From assembly GCA_043228905.1 (NCBI GenBank), contig JBHGNT010000018.1:2108001-2172000 (forward strand): DNA of 64,000 nucleotides, given 5' to 3'. The stretch is from Azolla caroliniana (taxonomy: Eukaryota > Plantae > Polypodiophyta). Shown piece after piece: positions 11,860-23,742 of the stretch (positions within the stretch are counted from its first letter, which is position 1; every line of letters starts with the position of its first letter). Made by a program: the position numbers and the translations under genes. The notes below the pieces were generated by a model, which was not told the DNA's origin, searched no databases, and saw only the letters and a program-made list of their open reading frames with translations.

Positions 11860-14800
11860 ATGTCTAGATCAACACACGACCTGGTTACAGATCGAACTTG
11901 ACGCTTTGCCGAAAGGCAAAGGAGACGCGAGGCTTTCCAGCAAGCGACGCAGGAAATTAGAGCGGATCGCTCATTTTTCAACATAATCTGGAGAGTAGCA
12001 GAGAACTCCCTCTGGTTACAGCAAACATCGCACCCGGACGACAGCAGCAGCCTAAGCAGCCTCCGGGAAACCGAATCCCTTCTCCACGCGTTGGCAAACG
12101 GAGAAGGCGAAGCAAAAGCCTTTTCAGCATATGAATCAGACTCCGAAGGGGAATACAGCGTGCACACGAACTACCGTAGCAGCAACGAAACCCCGGGCGG
12201 ACCGGAGGACGAAGGATCGGATACCTTACCGACACCGGAACCGGAAGTGCTAACGCTGGAACCCCCGAAACCAGCAGAGGAAGAGCGACCTCCGACACCG
12301 GAAGTCGAAGAGGAGAGGCCTTCGTCACCAAAGGAAGAGGAAAAACAACCGACGCCGGAAACAAATCGGGAAAGACCACCAACGCCGGAGAAAATTCCGG
12401 AACGAGCACCAACACTAACAGCCCGCGCACCGATACCGGACGACGACATGCCGTTCCAGTACTCCAAGTATAGAGATGATCCGGACGCGGAAGCTCATGT
12501 GCACGCCTTTGAACAGACATGGGAAGCCAACCATGTGTCCCAGCGATTGACCCCGGAGGAAGAAGAACGCTCTAAGATAGCGGAATTTGGCGTCACATTG
12601 GAGGGACCGGCAGCAAGATGGCGCCGGACGCAGGACCCGTCTACCATCAACACCTTTGCAGATTTAAAAGCTAAATTCTTGCATTTTTTTCAAAAGGAGG
12701 TGGACCAGACCATAATGGTAGGCTTATTTTATACCATCCGGCAAGAGGCAAGGGAGAGCATTCCCCAATTTGTCATCCGGTTTCAACGGATGCATAGTCA
12801 GCTTGCCCGCGCACCCCCGGAGGAATTACGGACTATATTCCTAAACGCGCTCCGGGAACCTCTACGCACGGTTTGCACGGTAATTGACTTCCGCACAAGT
12901 ACCATCGACTAGGTCATTGACCGGGTGAGAGAGATGGAAAAGACAAACTCCTGGCTCACATTGGGAGCACTTCAATGGGCATTACCGTCCGATGAAGACC
13001 TCCGGTTTCGGCAAGCAATACAGTGCACAACCTACTTGAATTCCGGACACTCAGCACTAGAATGCACTATGAGGACGCAATGTGTAATCTGTCAATCCAA
13101 GAGCCATACGACGGATAGGTGCGAGTATAATCTGTTGAACCGGCAAGCACCGCCCGTCCGACAAATTGAGCCACGCAACAGCCGGGATGAAGAAGACGAA
13201 CGCTGGCGGCGAATGGACCGCGACCGACCGGCACAGGATGTCCGGCATGGCGATCGACGGGAAAATGATGTCCGGTACGGTGATCGGCGGGATAACTATG
13301 ACCGGCATGATCGGTACCAGGGTTACAATAAACGATACGAACATTACGATCGGGAGCACTCCCCCGGGTATCGTCAGCAACGGGAGGAATACGGCAGATA
13401 TAACGGGCCACCCCGTCAAGAGTACCGTAATAAGAAGAGCTATAACAAAAAACGGCAATTTAAAAAAGGCGGCTACCCCCGGGATTCGGAACAAGGAGCT
13501 CCAAGCAACCAACCGGTACAAAACCCCGCGCGTACCGCAGGACCTGCCCCGGGTACAACAGACAATGCCAAATCTAGCAATACCCAGAAAGCCTACTGCT
13601 ACTACTACCGACAGGAAGGCCATTATAGTAACCAATGCCCGGTGAAGAGCTATGAAAAACGACCGGCGGTAAATATGGTAGTCCCTGAGGTGGCAGATCT
13701 GCAGCAGGTGACCACAAGGTCGAAGGGCATGACCAAGGAATGGGAGACGCAGGAGACCATCCGGAAACAAGCAACGGAATGGGTAAAGAAAGCAAACGAA
13801 CAGAATGTCACAGACTTACAGCGGCAAAAGGAGAACACCGTAGGGCTTGCCGGTTGTAGTCACTCCAAGAACGAGACATGGCAGGCGTTGCAAGAGTGCC
13901 AGATTACGTTGCCACTAGGAAGACTCCTACAACTCGTGCCAAGATTCACAGAAGGACTGAAGACGGCCATGACGGCAGGAGAACCATCACCGGCACCGGT
14001 ACTCTTCTCGAATCCAGAGGAGGGACCAACAGTGGTGGACACCAGCAGTCCGGTAATCACTGCCATTGTAAAAGGGAAAGAACTCCCCGGCACAGTTATA
14101 GACGGAGGCTCTGGGGTGAATGTAATAAGCCTCCGGACGTGTGATGCCCTAGGAATCCACGATTGGGAGCCATGTCCGTTCTGGTTGCGGATGACCGATA
14201 GAAGCTCAGTGTGGCCGACAGGATTAATACGGAAATTAGAAGTCACTGTCGGCGGTCATACATTTTACATCTCGGTCGTAGTGCTACAATTACAGGCACA
14301 AGGCGCATACCCGCTATTGTTGGGGCGGCCATGGTTGAAAACGGCACATATCAAACAGAATTGGCTGAAAAATATAATTACCTTCCGGCGAGGAAAAGCC
14401 AAGGTACGGGTACCAACACAGCCAAGGAGGAGCACTGGCAAGGAGTGTACACCGTTGTATGCGGAATGCGTCAACATGCTAGAAGGGTTAGCGGACGAAG
14501 AAGAAGCTCAGTACCTGCAGGAAAACCCGAAGATCATACCCCTCTTCGAAATTGCCATTGCCGAAGCAGTAGCACCATACTTACCGCAACCGGAAGAGGC
14601 TGAAGCAGAACCGGATAAAGACGCAATCCGGGAGTTACGGCAAGCGCAGGAAGCGTTGGAACGGGAAATGGCCGTTTCACAGCGCATGAAAGCGTCGCAA
14701 CTGGAAGAGGTGAACCTAGGCACCACGGACGAAGCAAAACCGGTGCACATCGCCAAGGAGATGAAGTCCGAAGACAAAACGGCGATGATCACACTTCTCA

Positions 14801-17478
14801 CGGAATTCCGCGATGTGTTTGCCTGGTCATACGAAGATATGCGAGGACTTGACCCTCAATTATACCAGCATCAGGTGCACTTGAGCAAGGACGCAAAACC
14901 AGTGGCACAAAGACGGTACCGGATGAATCCCAATTATGCCGCCAAAGTCAAGGAGGAAATCGACAAACTGCTAAGAGTTGGCTTTATCCGTCCGGTAAAG
15001 AAAGCGACATGGCTGAGCCCGATCATAGTCGTACCGAAGAAGAACGGAAAAATTCGAGTTTGCGTGGACTACCGGAAACTCAATGCGGCTACGGTAACGG
15101 ATGCGTTTCCACTTCCGTTCACAGATGGAGTGTTGGATGCCGTCGCCGGCCATGAGGTCTATAGCTTCCTAGACGGATTCAGCGGGTATAATCAGATCCG
15201 GATGCACCCCGACGACCAAGAGAAAACAGCATTCGTCACCGAATGGGGGGTCTTTGTGGCTGTGGTGATGATGTTCGGACTCAAAACGGCACCGGCAACA
15301 TTTCAACGAATCATCATGGAAATCTTTGGTGAATATATACCGGCTTTTATGCAGGTTTTCCTTGACAATTTCGCCGTCTATAGCCGGGAGGAGGACCATT
15401 TTCAGCACCTCCGTCTTTGTCTAGAAAAGTGTAGAGCGTACCAGCTAAGCTTGAATCCATCAAAGTGTGTATTTGGCATGTCCAGTGGAACTTTATTAGG
15501 ACATATTGTGAGCCAGGAAGGTATTGCAGTCGACCCGGACAAAGTGAAAGCCATATTAGAAGCACCGGCGCTAGCAATGGCAAAGGCATTAAGCCGGTTC
15601 TTAGTCCAGATCCGGTGGCACAGCCGGATGCTCCGATACTTAGCCGACCTGGCTACACCGTTGCATGCCGCCGTACATCGGACACCATTCCAGTGGACCG
15701 ACACCGAGGATAGAGCGTATAGGGCCCTTAAGGTACTATTGTCGCAGGCACCGGTAGTACAACCTCCGGATTGGAGTAAAGAATTTCACGTGTTCGTAGA
15801 CGCCTCCGACATCGCAATCGGAAGCGTACTTATGCAGCTTACGGAGCCAAAATGGTACCGGCCAGTGTACTATGCCAGCCGAAAGCTATCCCAAGCAGAA
15901 CGAAACTACTCTACCACGGAACGGGAAGCTCTAGGGATGATCTACAGTGTGACAAAGTTTCGGCATTATTTATTGGGAAGTTTTCCTTCCATGTAGATCA
16001 TTCGGCACTCCTTTACCTGGTGTCCAAAGCGTCACTCACCGGCAAATTGGCCCGGTGGACCTTACTGTTACAGGAGTTTGAGTTTGAAATATTCCACCGA
16101 CCCGGTATACAGCATGTTGTGGCGGATTACTTAAGCTGATTAGAGTCCGGAGAGACGGGTGACGGAGTAGCGGATGAGTTTCCGGATGCAGAGCTGTTTC
16201 GAGTCACTACGGAGACAGTAGCAGATGAGACAGTGGCACAGGAAGACAAATGGCTCACAAATATGCACCAGTTTCTGAGCACAGGACTGCCTCTGGAAGA
16301 GATGAACCGGGACGAACGGAAACGCCTGGCGGTGCAAAGCTGACATTTCTGCTTACTGCAAGACACACTATACCACAAGGGCGCGGGCGGCATATGGAGA
16401 CGGGCGGTGCGCAACGATGAAAAGGAACTGATACTGAGGGAAGCCCACTGCGGAGTTGCCAGAGGTCACTATGCCAGAGATGCGACGGCTAGAAAAATAT
16501 GGCAAAGTGGCCTATGGTGGCCAATGACATTAAGAGATGCGGTACGATACGCAAAAGAATGTGACCTATGCCAGAGAATGGGCCAGCCAACGGAGCAAGC
16601 TCGTATGCCACACCAGCCGGTACTACCACTCGAGCCATTCCAGAAGTGGGGGCTGGACTTTGTAGGACCCTTCAAGCCACCGGCAATGAGAACGGGTAAT
16701 CGGTACGTCATCGTTGCTACGGATTATTGCACGAAATGGGTGGAGGCCAAAGCATTAAGGGATAACACCGCTGCGTCAATGGTGAAGTTTCTATATGAGT
16801 ACATCTGGTGCCGTTACGAATGCCCAATTGAATTAATAAGCGACCAAGGGGGGCACTTTCTCGGCCAAGTAGTGGAAAGCCTGACGACATTCTATGCCGT
16901 TGTACACAAACGGAGCACACCTTACTATCCACAGGCGAACGGTTTAGCGGAATCAACGAACAAGACGCTCCAGAATATCCTTCGGAAGATCTTCAACGAA
17001 AACCAGACGGATTGGGACACAAAGCTACATAGCGCACTTTGGGCATACCGGACGGCATACAAAACGAGCATCCGAACAACACCGTTCCGGTTAGCGTTCA
17101 GACTAGAGGCGGTCATGCCGGTAGAATTCCAAGTACCCAGCTTACGGATCCAGCTACGGGAACGGTTGAACGAGAAGGAGTCGGAGGCAATAAGGTTGAC
17201 AGCGTTGTGTGAGCTCGAGGAACAATGACTGGCCAGCATCCTACATTTAGAATTGGAGCAACGGCGACGGAAAGCATTTGTCGACCGGCACAGGAAAGGT
17301 AACGAAAAAATGTTCGCAATCGGCAAACCGGTGTTAGTATTCCACACCCGGATGGGCAAGATGCTGGGTAAACTACGGTTTAGATGGACCGGACCGTATT
17401 GGCTAACACGGGAGTATAATGGGTCCTACCAGTTAGGGACACTTGCCGGCGAAGTGCTAGGCAAATGGGTCAACGGCG
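11860..17478 (+). pseudogene. Gypsy gag-pol single frame (gag, zinc knuckles, PR, RT, RNase H, DDE integrase), lightly disrupted
   Basis: ATG 11860 is in frame with ORFs 12091-12912 and 12925-15996; PR VIDGGSGVN; RT RVCVDYRKLN, FLDGFSGYNQI, VFLDN; RH VDASDIAIG; INT KWGLDFVGP, YYPQANGLAES; WTGPY. A few stops and one frameshift near 15980. Confidence 0.93.
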
Positions 17479-17838
17479 AAGTTCTCACACATTGTCAATT
17501 TGATTTCGCGTTGATGAGGGTTGCATCATTCTTCGCCGCGTATCATTCTTCGACTCCGTCTCCAAAGGGGGTATCCCATCGTGGTCACCAAAAGGTGTTG
17601 TACGTTTTAGGGTTAGGGTTTGATAATGATAAAGATAGGAATAGGGTTAGCAATGATGGTAGATTGATAATGAATGTGTGATGATGAGAGAGGACGTGAA
17701 GAACAAGACAACCATTGAGGGGTGGGGGGTGGTGCCTAGAATGGCTCCACCCCCCTCCCAAGGGGATTCAACGTTAAGGGGGAGAGAGAGAGAGAGAGAT
17801 GACAAGAGAGAGAGAGAGAGATTAAGAGAGAAAAAAAA
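17479..17838 (-). mobile_element. Captured fragment of a type-B element (R-U5, PBS, 5' leader)
   Basis: 17596-17838 matches the LTR-B segment at 11288-11371 plus 19286-19465; PBS TGGTGACCACGATGGGA 17574-17590; leader matches 21510-21560. Confidence 0.82.
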
Positions 17839-18295
17839 TCCGCCTGTGCCTTGTAATGCGTCAATTGCCTTTGATATGTGCTTTGTAATTTCTGCAATAT
17901 TGTTGACGCTCTCTCTTTGTCTTCCTGTTGCTGCCTCTGGAGCTCCATCCGGAACTTCTCCGCCTCGTCCAAGCGTCTTGTATTTTCCGCCCGTCGTCAG
18001 ATCAACGCACGGCTCAAGCAAAAGACGGATGATTTTGAGCACCTGCACCGGAACTACAAACGGCTGGAAACGGAGCATAAAGAACGGATGGCCGAGCTCC
18101 AGTAGGCAGTTGATCGGGCTGAGACGGCGATCGTCGACGAACGGGCGGAAATACAAGACGCTTGGACGAGGCGGAGAAGGTCCGGATGGAGCTCCAGAGG
18201 CAGCAGCAAGAAGACAAAGAGAGAGCGTCAACAGTATTGCAGAAATTACAAAGCACATATCAAAGGCAATTGACGCATTACAAGGCGCAGGCGGA
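17839..18295. repeat. Inverted repeat, arms about 160 bp, spacer about 135 bp
   Basis: 17839-17998 is the reverse complement of about 18136-18295, with a few mismatches. Confidence 0.9.
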
Positions 18296-18896
18296 GGACA
18301 ACGTCAAAATCATCAAACAACTGAAGGAGGAACGGCAAGCGGCGAAAACCAAATCGCAATTGGGAACGAGCCGGATTCAGTCCATCCTCCGGGCATGGCT
18401 GAATCAGACAAAACACTTGATTGATGAAAGCTCCGTAAAATGGTGGACAAAGTGGGCACAAAATGCGGCAGAACTCCAGTTGCTACGGGCGGATGTGGCA
18501 AACCGGCGGAAGGAAGGAGATGATTGTTATACGTTGACTTCCGAGGACTTCACCGCCATACGGGACGAGCTGGCCGATGACTTCCAAGTCCTGGCAGATG
18601 AACAGCTGGCGCAGGTCAGGCAGCTCGTAGCTCAGCTAGACGATGATAGGCTGGACGCTCAAATCCAGTTTGAAAGCTACGAGCGGTCCCGGGTGCGGGA
18701 AGAAAAAGCACGGGAAGCGGCAACGGTTAACCTTAGTGATGAGGAACCGTCGCCGGCTGAGGGCCAGCCGGGAACCAGTCAACCGGAGACCACTACGACG
18801 CAGGGAGCAACGACGGAGACGTCGGTGTCAGAGCAACAAACGGAGGAGCAGCCGCAACAACCACCAACGAACCCGCCGCAACAGACATCAACATAG
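17998..18896 (+). pseudogene. Extra 3' ORF of the Gypsy element, coiled-coil-like protein (N-terminus lost)
   Basis: ORF 18162-18896 (244 aa, E/Q/K/R/A-rich) extends upstream across one frameshift and one stop (INARLKQKTDDFEHL...). Confidence 0.6.
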
Positions 18897-19387
18897 CAAC
18901 AACAACAACAACAACCACTTCCAGATGAACCATTGGAGCCTCTCGAACAAAGCATTCTGGACAGATTTTGGCGACCACGAAACTGTGTTAACAATTAAGA
19001 TATAACAATTAAGACAGAACGGCAATTACACAGAGAGATAACAACGCTAAGCTTTTATTAATTAACCGCTATTCATTACATTGTATCCGGGCCTTTAAAT
19101 AGGTTTCCGGTCTGTATTACAAAACGGTGCCATCCGCACCTGTTCGGGATCGGTCCGGATCCGGAACGACATACCGATTCCGGTCTGTCCGTCCACACTC
19201 ATAGCTTAATTACAACCACATTCCTACTACTTAAATAACTCTCCGTTTCCCACTCTGGACTCCTTTGCCGGCCGGTAACAGTGAACGACATGATGGTGAG
19301 AGAGATCATGAAGATGTTCACAAGCGTTGAGGGGTGGGGGGTGGTGCCTAGAATGGCTCCACCCCCCTCCCAAGGGGGTTCAATGTA

Positions 19388-19438
<51 letters not shown>

Positions 19439-21039
19439 TGACAAGAGAGAGAGATTGAGAGAGAAATGATCCTTGTTTCATTCATTCCCCATAAGGGGTT
19501 AAATAGGTACAAAAGGGTAGATACACAAGGGTGCAAGCCCCTTGGTCATTCACACCTAGTCACTCACTGACACCTCTTTGTATCCACCACACTCAAACTT
19601 ACATTCACACTCATAATCGTATAACATTACACATACATATCAACGCATCACATCTTTCACCCTCACTTATCACACTTATCAATCACCCGTACATCTCGTA
19701 CGATAACACAATATGGCACGCCCGTGGGAGAGTGCCTTGCACATCGATCCCACATGCCTTGATTATAATCTTTCTTCGACCGGAACTTACATCGGTCGTC
19801 TCAACGATCGACTCCCTCGATCGGAGCGCTTGACTCGAACATCTCCTTCGGTCAGTGACTTCATCGACATGAACATTCCCATTCTGTCGTTTCACGAACT
19901 ATATCATGGGTCCAAAATCGCGTCGTTTGTATGTGTGTTCCTCCTTGAGTTGTTGTGAGTTGGGTGTTGATTGATTCCATTTCTTTTAGCTTCATGTGTT
20001 TTCGAAATTCCGTAGGTGCCCTTCGATTTTTAAATTTTAATTATGTACCCTTATGTTTATGAAATTTGCTCGTTATGTCCTTAGATTATTAAAATTTTCA
20101 GAATGCCATCATGTTTTTCGAAATTCTTCGGATGCCCTCAGGTTTTCAAAACTCCTCGAATGCCCTTATCATTCTCTTTTTCCCTCTTTTCTCTTTTCTT
20201 TTTTCTTCTTTTTCTCTTGCTTTTGTCGTTTCCCTCCTTTCTATTTGTCTGTCTCCTCCAATTCCTTCCTTCTTCTTATTCTTGTTTTCTTCTTCTTCAA
20301 CGTCTCTTTCCCTTCTTTTGTTTTGGTGGTAGCTTTGGGTCATCTTCCTATCTTTCTTTTCCTTTTCTTTGTTCTTCCACTGCTAATGGTGTTTTTCCTT
20401 CCTCTTCCTTCTCTGCCTATCCATGTTTCTTTTGTCTTTCTCTTCTTGATCTATTTCTTCTTGTTTCTTATTCTCTGTTTCTCACTGTCTTTTGCTTGCT
20501 TCCTCTTTATCCTTTCCTTGTACGGCGTCGTTTACCGTTCTTCGTCATTCATCACTTCGTTGTCCATCTAGGTCGACGTCTCTATCTCCATCACTGGCTG
20601 CTAATCCGTTGACGTTGGTGTCGCCTCCTCTCGGCCATTTGGCCCTGTCCGGTCGGTCTCTTTCCAGTGTTCGACCCTCGGTTTGGCCACCACTTTCCGG
20701 CCTCTCTAGCCTTTTCCGTCTATGTCTTGGCCATTGTCCCGTTGGCCTCTGTCACTGTCTCTGTCGGTTTCCATCCGTTTGAGTCCGCCTATGTTCGGCC
20801 CGTTTGACCCATCCTACTGTGTCTTGTGTCTTTTTGGTCTCCTTTGTCTAGTGCATCCGACCGTGTCTTTCTAGCGTTGTTGGTTGATGTCTGGTCTCCG
20901 TCTGCATCTCCATATCCGTCTTCTTCAACCCTTCAATGTTAACCGACTCGGGTTCCAGTTCCAATTCCGACTCTCTCCGCATTTCTTCTTCTCGAACCAT
21001 ATCTTGTGCATTCTCAGCACATCCTGCCGGCATCCACTC

Positions 21040-21213
21040 TGTTACAGGCATGACCATATAATATCCCGTGGTGAGAATTTACCGTAGCATTCTCACCACG
21101 GGAAGTAATCCTCCCCTTCTTTACACTCTTGTTTAACCCTCACACTTATCCACGTGTATAGAATGCTACGGTAAATTCTCACCACGGGATATTATATGGT
21201 CATGCCCGTAACA
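21040..21213. mobile_element. 174-bp foldback element with 54-bp TIRs, TGTTAC...GTAACA ends and a 5-bp TSD
   Basis: TIRs 21040-21093 and 21160-21213 (1 mismatch); TSD CACTC at 21035-21039 and 21214-21218. Confidence 0.85.
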
Positions 21214-23711
21214 CACTCCACACACTACTTCTTCCTCCGCAGTCTCCTGGTGGGCTTCTCTTTCCAGTCGTGTTGACACCGGTTCCCTCTGTGTCGTTGT
21301 TTGTCCAGTCATGCATTTTGCACCATGCTTTTGAAAACACACACATTGTCATTAACCGCACACTTGAACATACGTTTGTTGCGTATCCTTTTGTGATGTC
21401 CTCTCGCACAACATCACCGTGTTGCATTCCTCGACCTCGATGGCTTCCAATCAATATCACCATTTCCTACACATCGTTCATTTGATTTCTCGCACATTTC
21501 GTCATTGCCATGTCTTTGCCGCGTAGTAGTCTTCGACTTCGTCTCGAAAGGGGTGTCTCCTTAGTGATCGCCAAAAACTGTGTTGTTAATCCTGGCTGGA
21601 CAAGCCACTAACACAGGGTGTCCCTTTGGAACACTTCACCAAAGGGGTGGTACGGTAAGGAATGTGCAAACCGTAATACAAAACCTATCCTTCCCGGTTA
21701 CTATCCAGAAAGATTAACTTGATACACGCGTATGATAATCACATTAAGCACAAAACGGCATTAACAAGATAAACAATACGTAAATCCACAACACTTCTCT
21801 ATTAATTATCCGTTGTTAATTACATCGTTTCCGGATCCTTTTATAGGTATCCGGCTGTGTTACAAACCGGTGCCAACCGGCAACCGGCTACGAACCGGTC
21901 CAGATCCAGATCGGCATATCGATTCCGGGTCCGTCCGTCCGATCTTATAATTATCATAATTTATCTAATTACAACTCCCAAAACCGGCTCCCCGTTCATA
22001 CTCTAGCCTAACCGGCCAACATAAACTTCGGCAATCCGAACACAACTTGTTTCGATTGCAAATCTTGAAGCCTTCGGTAGTTGACGTGGCCGATACACTT
22101 ATGCCAGAGATCGATGTCCGATTCAATCTTTTGTACCTTGGCAAACATGGCAATGCCAACGTCATTTGTGTTGAGGATGAACATCCTCCCTTCTCTGCGC
22201 CCTTGCGCAATTATCCGGCCTTCTTCCTCGATTAAGCACCCGAGGTGCGTAAACTGCACCTGCATTCCTTGGTCGACTATTTGTCTAACCGATACCAAAT
22301 TCTTTGTGATAGTCGAAATGTGTAATATGTTCATTAGCTTTCACTTTTGTCCGACATGGCTTAAAGGGATTTCTCCGACATGCACAATTGGGTGAGGGGT
22401 GTCGTCTCTGGTTTCGACAATCCCCGGTTGTTCTTATTTCTCTAAAAACGAGAACCACTCTTCATGGCTCGTCATATGGTTAGATGCTCCAGAATCAACG
22501 TACCACACTTCCTCCGACCCGGTTCGGTCTTCTTCATCGAGTTGGCCTTGTGCTTCATCACAAAGGTTGGCCCCTTTCCGGTCTTCCGGGTTCCGGATCC
22601 TTCCGATCCTTCTGCGTAGTGCGAGCTTTGTCGATTTCCCTGTCTGGTCTTTGCCGAATCCCGATTTATCCGAATCGGCGCGCTTCTTCCAACACTCGCT
22701 TTCTCTGTGTCCTTTCATGCCACAATACCAACATTCCGTGTCGGCCTTTCCTTGCCGGTTTCCAGCACTGGCATGACTCCCCCTACTTGTGGAGTGTCCA
22801 GAACTGCTGTCTCTATGCCCTTGGTTCTGCTCTTGCCAGCCACCTCCACTGCATGCCGACCCACATCGTCCTCCACGCCCACAGGGCCGATCCGCCTCCG
22901 TGTACAACATATGTTTGTCCGATTGAGTGGTCCTTGACCCACTCCGTGGTTTTCTTCGACCATCAACATTGATTGTAAGTCGAAGAAGGACGGTGGCTTC
23001 TCCCGAGTGCAAATTGTCGTTCGGATTGGCCCGTACCATTGTCATAAACCACCGAGACAGATCTGGACCATCTCGTCTTCTTCCACCGTTACGTTGATGG
23101 ATCCTAGAGCATCGTAGATTTCCTTAATCTTGGTGGTGTAGTCCGTAACCGACATATCTCTCTGTCGGATGTTGTTCAGCTCTTGTAGGAGCTGCAACTT
23201 ACGGGATGTGGTACTTGCGGCGAAAATCTTCCGTAGATTTTCCCAGGCCTCCTTTGGCGTTTTTGCATCCTTGATGTAGCCGAGCATCTAATCATGCACA
23301 CAGGACACGAGGCAATACAATACTCGGCTCCCTCCTTGCTCCCATGCTGGGAATTCTTTGTGTGCCAACTCTAGAGCTACCTCGTTAGTTCCTTCCACAT
23401 AGCTCCAATATCCATGCCCTAGTAGGTACTGGTGCATCTTATATGACCAAGATGTATAGTTGCTCCGATCGAGCTTTTCTGTAGGAAGTGAACTTGCCAT
23501 ACCTCTGTCCATCTTTGGTTCTCTTCTGTTCTTCACTAGGTGTTAGGGTTTGTCTTCGGAAGCGTCTTTCGGCTGCAGAGGAGTCTCAACCCTCACGCTC
23601 TGATACCATGAAAAAGCTAGCATGCGGAAGCTTGACAAAACTGGTTTAGCCGTGCAGCAACAAAGAATAGAAAACACAGGTTCAATGGAAGCTTGAGAAT
23701 AGTTAGCATAC

Positions 23712-23742
<31 letters not shown>

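Larger units (their letters stand above)
11372..19280 (+). mobile_element. Athila/OTA-like Ty3/Gypsy element bounded by inverted terminal repeats
   Basis: Left LTR 11372-11806; PBS TGTCGACCACGA 11814-11825; gag-pol; extra 3' ORF; second PBS TGGCGACCACGA 18969-18980; 18986-19280 is the reverse complement of the left LTR; perfect TSD GTGAA at 11367-11371 and 19281-19285. Confidence 0.9.
11288..22021 (-). mobile_element. Non-autonomous LTR element with two unrelated LTRs (about 2.8 kb once the nested insert is removed)
   Basis: Termini TGTTAA / CCAACA; TSD TGAAC 11283-11287 vs TAAAC 22022-22026, whose removal restores the Copia frame LPKFSRRK. 5' LTR 21581-22021 (type A); PBS 21562-21573; low-complexity non-coding interior; 3' LTR 19286-19708 plus 11288-11371 (type B). 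Confidence 0.8.

Noticed and set aside
12925-15996. 1023-aa ORF as an intact or domesticated gene
   Set aside because: It is a segment of Gypsy gag-pol bounded by a stop and a frameshift, and the RT active site reads FLDN.
11372-19280. DIRS-type element
   Set aside because: It encodes a protease and a DDE integrase, has no tyrosine recombinase, and has a TSD.
19714-19840. tRNA gene or tRNA-derived SINE on the minus strand
   Set aside because: Only the 3' ~15 nt including CCA match; no adjacent T-arm or cloverleaf, so it is treated as a PBS-like motif.
20053-20612. Hydrophobic 170-aa ORFs as membrane or env proteins
   Set aside because: They are translations of a CT-rich low-complexity tract, open in several frames.
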